From Pecten maximus (taxonomy: Eukaryota): 64,000 nucleotides of DNA. Where the stretch lies: assembly GCF_902652985.1 (NCBI RefSeq), contig NC_047017.1, positions 41,478,001-41,542,000 on the forward strand. The letters are read 5' to 3'. Both the position numbers and the translations under genes were made by a program. Under the pieces are notes generated by a model, which had not been told where the DNA came from, did not search any database, and saw only the letters and a list, made by a program, of their open reading frames with translations. Of this stretch, positions 27,801-41,595 are shown in pieces. The first letter of the stretch is position 1; each line of letters begins with the position of its first letter.

Positions 27801-30346
27801 TGTTTAATTTCTCTGTCATGATGTCAAAGTCGACAGTGTGTATTGTGCCATTTGTGGTGGATCAATAGCAGATGGCTACAAGGTAGTCATTGATACTATC
27901 GATATTGTCAAATAAAATAATCCGATGAATACGTCGGTATGTGACAAACTATAAAATGAGAATTTAATGGTTCTATGAAGGCCTTGTGACCCAGTTTAAT
28001 CTTAAAGCACCGTATTACATTACGACTAGCCGAGTACATCAATATAACAAACGACATCGTATTGTCTTGATGACTTTGTAAGATTTTACTCTTCATTATG
28101 TTATGAAAACATTATTTCATGAAACCGAGGACATAATAACTGTTCTGGTTACGGTTACGGTTCTTGCAAATGATTTCCCTACTCTACGCTCGTCCACTCA
28201 CTTGGGACAGCGGCAGGTAGAGGCGATTCATATTACGGTAGCAACGTTAACGCCATGCGATAAAAGCACGCCAAGATTAGCACGACACGGCCGTTGTCCC
28301 CGTAACTATATCCGCCTTAGTTCCAGGACACACGTCCAGACTTATGCTATGTAATTGACGTGCCAAGATTGTATAAACGGCCGGTGTTTTTACCACACAC
28401 TGCGCGTTTGCTACTGATGCACATTACAATGTACATATGATCTTTTACGTTAATATCAAAAGCCATTACTTTGCCGCTATCGCTGGCGTTGTAGATTATA
28501 GAAGCACAATGGCCTGAGGTAGACGTCGTGGACGAGAATAATAGATTAAGAAAAAACATAATCAGCTTCACATTACATATTTTAGTTACCTAGCAACACT
28601 TGATGAATTAAGGGCGAAATCATATGAGTGGGAATGAAAAGCAAACATTTCATGCATTAATCGCGCGTTAATATAAAACAGGAGAGCCGTTTTGATACTA
28701 GCCTACGTTCATAAATACGATGACATACACGTCACTATTACCTATCCACAAGGTGTTATAAAACAGTATTAATCTAGGTCGTTACAGTATTAATGTAAAT
28801 AAACATCCAATTGGTTGTACCTTCACCAATCAATAGGTGCAAATTAATCAACGTTAATAGGGTCTACCAACCTTGTGAACCATATCAATTTAATTAAGAA
28901 ATCTTTGTTTTCAATATTAAATGGTGTTGGTTTTTTTTTATCCAAGAGTTAAACACGTAAAGTTTCTTTTGTTGTCTTGTGATCACAAAGTTATGACAAA
29001 GGATAGTAAAATTAACAAGAACGAGAAACGATTTGTTTGGTCGCAAACATCGTGCGGGAGAAGCATTCATTGGTCTCGTAAAGTTCCCCAAACAGAAAAA
29101 ATAACAAAATACTTGGTTTCTTTTGCTATGTAGGTTGTTAAAAGTTTAACTGTATATGTTGATTAACTTTTTTATTGTTTGTGAGTAAAAGAAACACTTT
29201 TTGCAGCGTAAAAATAATTGCATGTTTCAGTTGATAGACTATTTTCAGCTGATTTGATTAACATTTTTATTAGAATACTTTGATAATATACTGACAAAAA
29301 TGGTTGTTTGAAAATGTAAAAACGGCTTGGTTGTCGAGTTCTTTAAATCATTGTTCCTTGTGACATGGTAACATGTGTTATTATGAATTCATTACAGCAA
29401 TTGTTGGTATTAGTTGTTACAGCAATTTTTGGTATTAGTTGTTACAGCAATTGTTGGTACAGGAATTCCGACCAGATGCCTGTGCGTACATGCTTCAGTC
29501 TTTTTTTGCGATGAAATAAGTCTTCCTTATGCTGTACCTGTAAATGTGTATTTTTATGATTATGATTTTTGTGATTCACGAAATGTATTGTTTTGCAATG
29601 AGGTGTTGTCTTTAAATTCGAATTGTACGGTTTATTTGACAAATAAGTCTTTCGAAATTTAATTTTAATTCTTTGTAAAAAAATAAGTTTTAATAATGTA
29701 TTGTATGTGACCACAGACATACTGAATATAAAATGGTAAAATTAAAAAAATAACTTGTGAAATAGATGTTTTAGTTTTGTTAATTCTAGGAATGTGAGTG
29801 ACATTGCCAATTGCCATTTTCTTAACATACAGAAAAGTGTCATTTTGTTCCTAGTTTCATAATCAGTAACGAAGTCCTGACCCAGTTATACATTTATCTG
29901 TAATTGGCAATTTGCAATTACCAGGAATATAGTTTGGCACGATGTAACTGTCATTGACAATAATATTGACGTGTGTTACTGTGTTATTGACTTTTATTTG
30001 CAAGTTATCAGGGATATTAGTTTGAACTGCAACTTCCAATGACAATTTATCAAATGTAGACTCGGATGGTATACAATGTCAAATCTTACGCAAAAAAAAG
30101 ACAACAAAACCTTTACCACTTCAGAACATCTAGGCAACCCCCAACAGCATTATAAAACACCAATTGTGCAGTTTATCAGGTATTTTGCAACAATATGCTT
30201 CCTATAATGATCCCTGTTTATGGCATGTGTTTATTATTACGTGTATGCCATAAGTAAGTATTTTATAAAATTTATAGTGTACAATAATATAAAATTTCAT
30301 TCTTGACTGATTTCTTTCAAATTTTATTTTTATTATTTAATTACAG

Positions 30347-30577
30347 ATAGCAGCTTCCTGCTGGCCAACGCACGGATCGTGGAGTACCCTATAGTATATT
30401 GTAACGACGGGTTCTGTAAACTCTCCGGATATAACCGAGCGGAAGTGATGCAAAAAAGTTGCACGTGTAGTTTTATGTACGGTGATCTAACGGACCAGGA
30501 CACTGTTCTAAAAATAGAACAATCTTTTGAGGGTGTGGAACAAGAACAAGTGGAAATTCTATTATACAAGAAAAATA
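30347..30577 (+). CDS. eag: eag K+ channel, first coding exon visible in window (PAS domain, N-terminal half)
   Basis: Acceptor ttacag|AT, donor AAT A|gtaagt. Translates (D)[45 protein letters not shown]...EILLYKKN, the canonical EAG PAS sequence. Phase 1/1. Confidence 0.96.
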
Positions 30578-33500
30578 GTAAGTTTTCTTATAACATCTTT
30601 TGTTTACAGGCCATTTTAATAACGACACTCGTGTTTCAACGATGTGTGACTTGAATTATTATTGACTATTCATACATACTCTTGTATGTTTTGCCTCATA
30701 CACTTGAATATCATATCATTTTTCACGAATGAAAGTATCAACAATTTTCTCAAGAGTGCCAAATATCGACAAAACACTATCTATATATAGGGTATACACT
30801 TATCTACTTATTGGTCAACAAAGTTCAAAATTTTAAAACAAGTTCCTATAAAGAGCAGTACTGATTAAATCGTTCTTTTGGTTTGGCATGCATAACGTAA
30901 ACTGTCGAAGACATTTCGAGGTAAAGTGATTTGTATATATTGCTATCTATCAATCAATCAGTTATTGCATTTTTTCAGTGATATATTCAGAAATTTGATT
31001 TGAATTTACTATCAAAACAAATTATGGAAAGACGCATGATATCTGGTTCTAGTGAGCAAAACATATTATATCTCCTGTCTTTTTACTAATTCTCTCTGTA
31101 TCAGAATGATCTATATCATTATACAAATCGGTTTCATCTATGCGAATCTCCGCATTTCTTTGACCATTAAAGCCATTTAAAGTAGTGCTTGTCATGCCCT
31201 CTCGTTTTCAACCTTCCACATGTTACACACGTCAATATTGTGCACGACAGATATATCGTTCCATCCATCACAACCATTGTATTAAGAAAACTCCCGCGTA
31301 CTATCTTTTGAGCGTTGATAAATGTCACCTTTGTTTTAAGAAAGACCAGCTCTTCTTCGGCTTCGTACATCTGCCATCAGAGATTTACCTCGTTAGCATA
31401 ACTGACCTTTGATTGAAACGGCCTAAATGATAGGTCTAAATGTAGCGCTGGCGGCAAACGTCCATTTCACACCATCATATTGTAACATAATTTATCTATA
31501 CATTCTTGACTTACCCGAAAAGGTCATTTGCGATTGCCTCCTACGAGAATGTCAGAGAAAGTTTTAGCGACGAACCTTCATACTTGCATTTTAGTGGCTT
31601 CAACAACAGAAAACATGATAAACACCTATGAGTATAGGTAGACATCTTGTCTGGTTTTGTTCTATGTGACCCCTGAAACACACACTGTTGTAACCCACAC
31701 GCTGATGTAACGTAGTTACACTGGCCGTCAATCTGTCACCAAGATTTGCTTGGAAAGTCGAAGGAGGGGGATTTCTAAAGGCTCAGGACATGTCTTTGTC
31801 AATTATTGTTTTTCTTATCCGATGACCTATCCCATCCTTCCCTCCGCGTTTATACGTTTGGGCGATCCTGACAAACTCCTCTATTTCGACGGGTCGGATT
31901 ATACAATTTTTAAGTTATATCTTTGCAAGGCAGGCGCAAAGTATGCTGCTCAAAATTATCTGCCCTTAGAGTGAAATGTGAATTTATTTCATTATTTTTT
32001 CGCCTTCGTTTCCCTGACTATCTTCTGTATTTTAGCTTTCGGAGGTTGATGTATATATTATTAAAAACAAGGGAAGGGTTTCGCTACTGTTTTGTGTTTT
32101 CCTACAGACACCCTTACTTTCGCGTGGTTTTCCCCACCTTTCAGTTGTAGGATATTGATGAGTGTCTCCTCGTATTGATTGAGAAATTCCATTATATATG
32201 GCTCTTTCATCTTTTCATCGGATTAACTCTTAGCCTCGTTGTTTCGAAGTCCATTCACCTCGATTATGTTAAAGATTTTCCACCCTGATTCTTCGCCCTC
32301 CATTCAGAAATCAAATAGTCCAGACATCGAAAAGATTCAAGCTAGATCTATTAACCGTATAGATCATTTATGTTTCAGAACACAACCATCACTTGCAAGC
32401 ATCTTGCATGCAATATTTTTGTTATGTATTATGATACTATGACTTTAAAGGCACCTGTAGATTTCGGATTTATTGCCATCACATCTGCTAGTTTGCAGCC
32501 ATAGGGTTTTGTAGTAGCTCAAAAAAGTACTGAATCATGTATCTTGCCACAATTACTGGGGATCGCATCCTGCCATTTGTTAATTCCCTGGGGAAAAGTT
32601 ACCCATTTAGACATTTCTAAAGCTACTTTTGTAATTGGAGTCTGGTTTGGTATGTTTTAAAATATATAAGTAGTTGTAGAGCCACCAAAAACTTCCGACG
32701 TAGTACTAGAGGGTCAGATGGATAAAATGCTGATTTCATTGTACAGGGTAGAGCGCAAAATGGTTATATTGCTGTAGTTTATGCATCAACTTACTATGTT
32801 TTGTTTTAAATTATCACTTGTTTACCTAAGAACATACCATTCTAAATTTTTTCAGATGTTAACTTGTGTTTGTGCTACCAGGATAGCGGTTCTGGTTATA
32901 CTTTAGTAAAATTTGAATAATATAATCACCTAAGAAATGAAGTACTATTACTATGCTTTTTAAATATGATTATAGCTTAGAATGTATATTATTTCATTTA
33001 TTTTTCCAACCAAAACAATGGAAATTTTGAAATAACTAGCCAACTATGATTGTTCCCTTATGGTATACTTTTATTAATTAAATTCATAAACACTCTAAAC
33101 ATGTGTTTTATAAGGAAAAACCTGTTATGTTTATGACACCAATATTAAAGTAGGTCACATATAGGTTTACATTTACCTACTGGCAAAATGTCAGTGGGTT
33201 AGTGGAACAATTCACTATGACTGGGAAATATTTTATAGTCAATTCCGTGTAATGATGATAGACTGGCAAACTTACGTTTTTAGTGTGTACAAACGGTTCA
33301 ATTGAAATACAAGGGCAAAACTATTGCTTTACTCGATCACCTTGGGTGATGAACTTCGCTTTTTTTTTTTAGACAATTTCAACATGAGCTGCTTCGTTAT
33401 TCATTTGGTTTGTCTCAAGGCCAACTATATTCATTTCACCATTAAATCGACAGAAGGAACAGTTAGTTCACTAATTTCAATTTATGTTTCAAGCTTTCCA

Positions 33501-34619
33501 GTTGTGTATATTTCACTTGCCCTGATGTGTACCAGTTAAATGTAAATGTTATCTATTCGATGGCTGAATTTCGACCACAATTTGTTTTCTATTTATTTTA
33601 TTTTCATAAAGGATATTTTTGACGATTATATTGTATCTTGGAAAATACATGTATCTTACACAAGGAAATACAATCCCTCTAAAATTATAATGAAAATAAG
33701 AACATGCCTGTGTATAGGACAGGTTCCAGTATTAAGTGTGCGTAGACTGGTTCACACATGTTCAAGGTATTGACAAATAGGTTTACTTGAAACAAAAATA
33801 GAACGATGCTTCAGTTGATCCCATTTGGTGAGGAACTGAGTTTGTCTTGAACTTCACAGTTTATAAAATTTGTCTTTAACCCTACCCAACTGATCCCACA
33901 GGAAATCCAAAAAACCAAGATTAATTCCTTAAATAAAGGAGTTGGATAATCTTTCTTTAGTCCAATGCATTGTGGAGATCCATTGCTCTAACCTCTGCAT
34001 TAACTCGTCCATTAACTCAAGAATAACATTTTTGTGTATCTTAATTGGTGTCGACTTAGTTTTCAGCTCTTTCCAATATCCAGATAGATAATTTCAGATG
34101 TTACGTAACAACAAACCAACTGTCGTAATAAGGTTCCTTATTCTCTTGATAAGATTTAAAACGCTTTAAGATGCGACATCGTCGACAAAAGAGTAATTAT
34201 GATCGATTGAAAACAATAATAGTCTGTTGATATTATTACACAATATAAAAAATTGTATACTTTACGTAATTTATAACCATCATAAGGTTACGCTACTTTT
34301 TCCCTTTTAAATTCCATGTGAATACTTTATTAAATCTCGACGAAATTCTATCTTACTCGACCTCTAAATTTGGTATGCAACTTTAGGCTAATAAGCAAAC
34401 TATTTTAGGCTGCTGTTATTATTTTATTTATTTATTTTTAATGGGTTTTTTTTGTGTTAATTAGATATTTTTAAACCTTAAATGATGCATTTTGGTGACA
34501 GGCAGTGTATACTGTCGGTGCTGTAGCATCATTAACAATAACATAATTCAATGTTTAATTCAGCTGACCATTAATCTGTTATATATATAACATTATATCT
34601 TTATATACCCCCTCCACAG

Positions 34620-34748
34620 GAACACCGCTATGGCTGCTGCTGCACGTTGCGCCAATCAAAAACGAGAAGGACCAGGTCGTACTCTTCTTGTGCACATTCA
34701 AAGACATAACTGCTTTAAAACAACCAATCGACGAGGAAGGTGGCAAAG
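34620..34748 (+). CDS. eag: eag exon (PAS/PAC C-terminal half)
   Basis: ccacag|GA...AAA G|gtaagc. Translates (R)[42 protein letters not shown]. 129 nt, phase 1/1. Not in the ORF track in this frame. Confidence 0.96.
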
Positions 34749-37129
34749 GTAAGCTATACAAGATGAATTAACAAAGATGAACGTACATTTTAAAACATAA
34801 CCAAACATACAGTTTGTATTTACCATGAAGATGAGAAAATATCGATTCTTAAAAAAATGACTTCTTACAGAACAAAATCGCCTCGAAACAATTTGTTATG
34901 TTAGGATGTGACAGTTGATATGTGAAGTCTTTAAGTAACACAATTGTACTGAGAACTACCATCTTGTATTTGCTGGCATTGTGCCGTCTGTTATCTAGCT
35001 AGACGTAAGCATTACTCTATGTCCCTGCGTCCCCTGTACATCCAACGGTACCGCGATTAGCCAGCAAGTTCCTGTCGAGTTTATCGTGATAAATGAACCA
35101 CCATCGTTCCCCATCTCTCTTGTCAGGAGTATGGATTCGGCTTTTAATTGCATTTTGGAAACAAAGTTTACATATAGTGTGCATGTTTGAACGATGTTAT
35201 ACCAGTCAAATATGCTTTCCTGCTACATAAAACGCTGACAGAGGCACAATTACAACATAGTAACACACTACGGCCCAACAACGGAGCGATAAGGGATATC
35301 TTGCAGTTGATTAGCGTAGCAAAAGTCTACCACGGAAGGAATCCTGTTAGACCTTTACTGGTGTGTCGAGTCCTGGCAAACACTAAAATTACACGGCGAT
35401 TATAGACCTGCGGGGTCCTACCCTCCAATATGCTACGTGTGACCACGGGCGATTGACGCCTTATCGATTGGCCACCTCCGCTTGGTGCCAAATTGCGATA
35501 GTTGGGAACGGGATTCTTCTGCAGGTCGCGGGGTACTCAGTGGGTACATTACAGCTTATTGTGAACGCTAGACAAATAAATATTAAGCCATCAATCTCTA
35601 AAGTACAGGTCTGAAAAGGCTAGCGCAACAGTGAAACACAGTCTGAGTTATGGTCAACGTATGACGACTCCATTTGTACCTTCTCGCGTTGGTATGTCAG
35701 ACACAGACCCGCCTATTCATTGATTTCAAGGGATACTCGGAAGTCATATAAAAATCCACTAATTGTTAAAATAAAGAGTTATTAAAACATAACCGACACA
35801 TTTAGCAAATGCAAACATTATCGTTAGAATTAATGTTAAAAGTCATCAAACAAAGCATTATATTGTGTAAGGAAGGAGACATTTTTTTCAACATTTGGAC
35901 AGACATAAACATTAGCTTTTGGTTTGTTTACGGTAATAAATAAGTCCTTTCTCTGAGTACCCTGTACTGCTGCTTGAAGAGTTGCACATTGAACACTTAA
36001 ACAATTCATTATACTATAACCAATGAAGAAGACAACGCCACAGACCTCATATGAGACAACCAGAGATTATTTCAAACTCGACCAGCCCCCGTGGTTGCTT
36101 GTCGGACAGTACTAAGCGACACTGCCACTGCTGGGCGAGTATTAGTGGGCGACACCGCCACTGCGAAGCTGGTTAAGCCATTCAGTATTGTAGCATGTAT
36201 ACATCACCACCAATGATCGAGCACTCCATGTATGGCGCTCAGCCATACCATTAATTCATGCGATTGAAAATAACACCTTATCCTGAATCCATGTCATTCT
36301 GATTGAAGTCTTTGGAAATCTCAGGAAATAGTCGGACAGAATATTTTCAATCCAAAACCGTTTACGCTAGGTCTGCGATTCAATGATCATCCCTCTACGG
36401 ATAATGGATTAGGATTTCTATCGAGGAATTAAAGGACGTTTATGAATTATTGTAGAGGAAAACGAGACGATTATAGCCGTATTCCTATATAACGATACCC
36501 CGAACTGATTAATCACCTAGGGCAGACATGCATATAACCGATCCATTCCGTACGGAACGATTTACCACCGGAACTGAAATCTAGGCATTTCTTACACAAT
36601 TAATTTCTATGGGGGAAAGTGCGCCGAGCAAACATTTCAAAATAAAGCAAAACGGTATAATCGAGGTAACATATATGTATTTTACCACTGGGAGGGGCGG
36701 TGTAAAGCTTCATAAATACAGGTCTTATGTAAGCGGGACATTCCCCTATGAATCAATTCAATTTATTGGCAATAATTGTGGTGGGACTCCTGGTTTGTTG
36801 TGGCATACTGGTACAAGGAAATTGACTGGCTTCGTGTAAATCATCCAACCATTTTGGAACTCTTCATTATTGTCATATGTATAGGAGCTAAATGTTGTTG
36901 AACTCTCTAGATTTATCATAGGAACAGAAACATCCATAGAGTTACATTCATTATAAAATACTCTATATTTACCATAGTCATATACGATACGCTAGCCATT
37001 ACATACCTCTCTCGATTGATCATAGAAATATTAATTAATATTAATCGGCCTTTATAAAGCTCTCTAGAATTATCATACGATAAAGAATAGATGCCAACTA
37101 GTATACAACCTTCTTATTGTGTACTAAAC

Positions 37130-37482
37130 TTTCTAGATGTTACACTACAATAGAAAAGTCAGCATGAGTTCTCCAAATGTTATACTAAAAGAAAAAGCCA
37201 GCTGGTACAATAGAAAAGTCAGCTTGTATGAAGTTCTCTACATTAACATGACAATACAAAAAATCAGCTGGTATGAAGTTCACTAGATGTAACACTACAG
37301 TAGAAAAGTCAGCTGGTATGGAGTTCACTAGATGTAACGCTTGAATAGAAAATGCAGCTGGTATGGAGTTCTCTATATGTACCACGTAAATAGAAAACGT
37401 CAGCTGGTATGGAGTTCCATAGATGTTACACTACAATAGAAAATTCAGCTGGTTCTCTAAATGTCATACTACAATAGAAATA
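37130..37482. repeat. Degenerate ~44-bp tandem array abutting an eag acceptor
   Basis: Recurring agatgttacactacaatagaaaagtcagctggtatggagttc-like units. Confidence 0.8.
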
Positions 37483-37513
37483 TAGAAATATTCTCTGTGT
37501 TTTTTTTATACAG

Positions 37514-37638
37514 CGGGTATGAGCAAATTCGCGCGCCTCGCTCGATCTGTGACGCGGAACAAGTCTACACTCCTCCAGTTCTCATCACACATACCCAACA
37601 CAAAGTTCGACAACTCAAAACCATCACAACTCGCAAAT
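37514..37638 (+). CDS. eag: eag exon (post-PAS linker, N-terminal CaM-binding region)
   Basis: atacag|CG...AAT|gtaagt. Translates (A)GMSKFARLARSVTRNKSTLLQFSSHIPNTKFDNSKPSQLAN, matching the EAG GLSKFARLARSVTR motif. 125 nt, phase 1/0. Confidence 0.94.
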
Positions 37639-37831
37639 GTAAGTACTGTGATGTCTTTCTTTTAACATCGTTAACAAGAGGTAACAAAGGCCTGTTCAGA
37701 TTAATGCAATCCCGTGACAAATGTCAGTGATTTACTATTAGAAATGATATGATAACGATGTGCAAATACAATTTTATAATGTAAAATCTGTTTCATGGAA
37801 TAAATAAAACATAAAGCATATCTACTTTCAG

Positions 37832-38227
37832 ATGATGAACCTAAACGCGGATGTTCTGCCCCAGTATCGTCTTGAGGCACCTAAGACTCCGCCTCATATC
37901 ATTCTGCATTACTGCTTGTTCAAAACCATATGGGACTGGATGATATTGACCTTGACATTTTATACAGCGGTCACGGTACCGTATAACACTGCCTTCAGAA
38001 ACAAGACAATGGACCAGGTGCCACTGCTCGTCCTGGACAGTATCGTCGATGTTGTGTTTTTCGTTGATATCATTCTTAATTTTCATACGACATTTGTGGG
38101 TCCTAGTGGTGAAATCATCTCCGACCATAAAATTATTCGTATGAACTATTTAAAGAGCTGGTTTGTTATTGATCTGCTGTCGTGTCTCCCGTATGACGTC
38201 TTCAATGCCTTCCAATATGTAGATGAC
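37832..38227 (+). CDS. eag: eag exon (S1-S3)
   Basis: tttcag|ATG...GAC|gtaagt. Contains [19 protein letters not shown]...WDWMIL...NFHTTFVG...[13 protein letters not shown]. Phase 0/0. Confidence 0.97.
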
Positions 38228-39105
38228 GTAAGTATGATAGGGATATGATCTACAGTCTAGCTATTCAAAAAATAGACAAGTGATTATTTCCTCTTTTTAA
38301 TATATGATTAATATTTACCAAAGTATCATTCTGCAAAGGAAGGATCAACTCAGGCAAATGAGGAATGGATCAAATTGATTTTTTGTTAAATTCATCAAGG
38401 AAACATCCCGACAATGTTTCTAAAAATTGATAAAATGATGACACAATAAATAAACAAATTTAGAGTAATAACGATACAAGACCAGGTGTTCCAGAATAGT
38501 ACGCGTATTCTGCTTCAAAGACAACATATAAATCAATCTCAAATCAATGGAAATGATAGCCGTTTAACGGGCAGCAAACACGTCACAATTCATACCTTTA
38601 CACGGAAATAGATAATTTCCAAATCAGACCCTGGTACTGACCATAAAATGTTCGGATATTGTTCATAACCTCGCATACTTGTTTTTGAAACCATGATATC
38701 TGTATAAGCCCCTCATACGGGACCCTTGGCGTGTTGATATACCTGATGGTTCCGTTGTCACCATCCTTCATGTATATCTCATTTTGAGGGTGTGACTTGG
38801 CTGATGGCATGTTATGACAGGTGCTGAAGTTGAATCAGAACACATTTACCATTCCGGAACACCTGATTTCATTCTCTTTGAACTTTTACACCGGTTTTGA
38901 TGGAGATCTATATTATCGAATTATTTCATCGCTTTAGTTTGTTTGCATATCGATATTCTCTGCTATTTTTTAAAACGAAATTCCCGTAAAGAAACGTTCA
39001 TAAAAAGGGAATGTAAATTTTCTTATCGATGAATTTGTCGTCATAAAAAAGTTGTGACCTTTTTGTCGTAATTGTTTTTACATGTTGCCTTTTCCTTCTT
39101 TTCAG

Positions 39106-39523
39106 GGGATAAGCACACTGTTCAGCGCGTTAAAGGTCGTTCGTCTCTTAAGGCTCGGGAGAGTAGTCCGAAAGTTGGATCATTATTTAGAATACGGAGC
39201 CGCCATGCTGGTTTTGCTCATTCTTGTTTTCATACTGTTTGCTCATTGGTTTGCTTGTATATGGTATTCTATCGGCCTAACAGAACTTCAAAGTGGTTTG
39301 GAATATGGCTGGCTTTCTACACTAGCCAATACCACATTTGAACCTTTTATATGGACTAACACCACTACAAGAACTATGCTCACCGGGGGCCCAGGCAAGG
39401 GCATGCGCTATCTCACCTCGCTCTATTTCACGTTGTCATGCATGACTGGTGTCGGCTTTGGCAACGTGGCAGCCGCAACTGAACACGAGAAACTGTTTTC
39501 TATATTCATGATGATCATTGGAG
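39106..39523 (+). CDS. eag: eag exon (S4, S5, turret, pore helix/filter, start of S6)
   Basis: tttcag|GGG...GGA G|gtaaga. S4 LKVVRLLRLGRVVRKLDHY, S5 AHWFACIWY, two NTT sequons in the turret, pore SLYFTLSCMTGVGFGNVA. Phase 0/1. Confidence 0.97.
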
Positions 39524-40327
39524 GTAAGAACTGAGTGATATGTCAGTAGGCTTTCATGCTATAAGATGATGTCAATGATAGACTGTAAGGAAATTGATAG
39601 GGACGTGTAATATTAGGATACAAAAGAGCCACCCTATGTTAATGATCCCACAAAGTACGATATAGTGAAAAATAGAGTAAATTATAAATGCAATAAACTA
39701 AAGTCATATAAGATTAACTCTAATTCCTCCCTACAAGGCACCATCTCACTCATCCACACTGGGTATCCTCTTTCCTCCTTACATTATATCATTCCATTTT
39801 AAGGCATTATGTTTACCACATAATGTATCATTTAACTTCTTCTTGCTGTGTGTTCTTCTATTTTTCACTATAAATAACCTAATCACTCAACATCCACCAG
39901 GAGCCCACACCAGGAAGAGGAGGTCACATTAATTCAATAACATACCTTTATTTTCAATGATTACATTTTCGCCGCGTGACACAGTTTACTGCTGTTGTCC
40001 GTTTGATCCATGTCGTGATTTAGTTGGCAATGATGTATATATCAGTGGGTATTGCTGTGATTTCATAAATTGAATCAATGTTATATAGTGATCCGGCCAA
40101 TGGTTGACCTTTGTCAGCGACATCATTCCCCCAGTACCTCAGCGGTAAAACATTGGTTAATTAGAACGAACGAAGTAACGTGATTTGATGCCATTAATTA
40201 GACCGCAAATTTGATTTTGGTGTATGAAGCCAACATTCATTACTGTACTCACCTGCGATATTCGATGTACGAATTAACAATTCGAAAAACTATAACAAAT
40301 TTTGCTCCGATATAAGTAGTTTTACCT

Positions 40328-40786
40328 TAGGGACCCCCAGGAGGGACCTTTTTACTTAGGACGTATTTGTTACTATTTTTTTCATATTTGTTATTATTTA
40401 TTTGTTATAAATTTTGATATTTTACTGAACAGATGTTGCCTGCTTCATTACCAATTACAAACAAGTAATAACAAATCAGTATTTACAAGTAAGTAATAAC
40501 TGTAAAGCAAAATAGCAAATATCGTCAATAGAATTTAAATAGCGTCCAGACAATTTGAATACCCGGAAGTACTTAACAACGGAACATAAACACAAAAGGA
40601 TTAATATAAATAGATATATATATTATAATATAATTAAGTAACATAATGAATAATTATTACAATAAAATACGTCAGTATTAGTAATTATTAATAACAAATA
40701 CGTAATACAATATCAGGAATATGTAAGTGACTAATACATACTAAGATTAAAATGGTAACTTAAGATGTCCGATCAGGGCTTCCATA
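40328..40786. mobile_element. Foldback/MITE-like element
   Basis: Right end taagatgtccgatcagggcttccata is a degenerate inverted copy of left end tagggacccccaggagggacc. tatttgtta motifs in the left arm and taacaaata motifs in the right arm. Confidence 0.5.
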
Positions 40787-40897
40787 TTAGCTTGTCTCCA
40801 TTGGACTGACCTCATTCTTGTCTAGGTTTTATATGGTTATATGAGAGAATTCTATTTTAGCAACATATTCCGTCTAAGTAATTAATTAGCTGAACCA

Positions 40898-41073
40898 GGC
40901 TCCAGTTTCATCAATATTCCTTAGCGTTATGAAATTGTCCAAGACGAACGGCGTAACAGAATTAAAAGAACAGATCATAACTAAGATTTATTCCCTATTT
41001 AAAGCAAAAATAACTTCCGATTGATAATTTTACTGAATTCCGTATGTTAAGGAATATTGATAAAACAGCATCA
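40898..41073. mobile_element. Short MITE (PIF/Harbinger-like ends)
   Basis: cagtttcatcaatattcctta (from 40903) and taaggaatattgataaaacag (41048-41068) are 19/21 inverted repeats. Confidence 0.7.
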
Positions 41074-41595
41074 AGTAAAATATGATATTAACATTCAGGG
41101 AATGATTTGTTATGAACTTAACAAAGATATAACTTTGTAGGAATCCACTCAGATCACATATAAACTTTATTATAAACCTATTGCCGCAAAGAGATTACGT
41201 TCAACCTAGGTGACGGACCAAGTCCGGACAATAATCAAATGAATGCTATTAATATTGAGGTGAATTATTTATAAACCAATCATTGGTGAATATACCAAAT
41301 CCATCTTGACAATATATCTAGGCCATAAACCTTCCGAGCACTTTATAGTGCATAAAGAGCAGGAGATAGCGATCGCAGATCAGGTAGCTTTATTCGCAAA
41401 TTTAAACAAAATCAATACCCGTATTCTTTGTTAATGAACCCTCTATGATTTAGTAAACAATGTAAACATATTTGTATAGGAAATCTAATTAATGTAAGAA
41501 AATGCAGAACTTTACGATTAACAATTGCATGGTTTCTCATGCAAATTATTTTATTATATATTTTATGACAATTACGAGTGTTCTTGAACGTTTCC

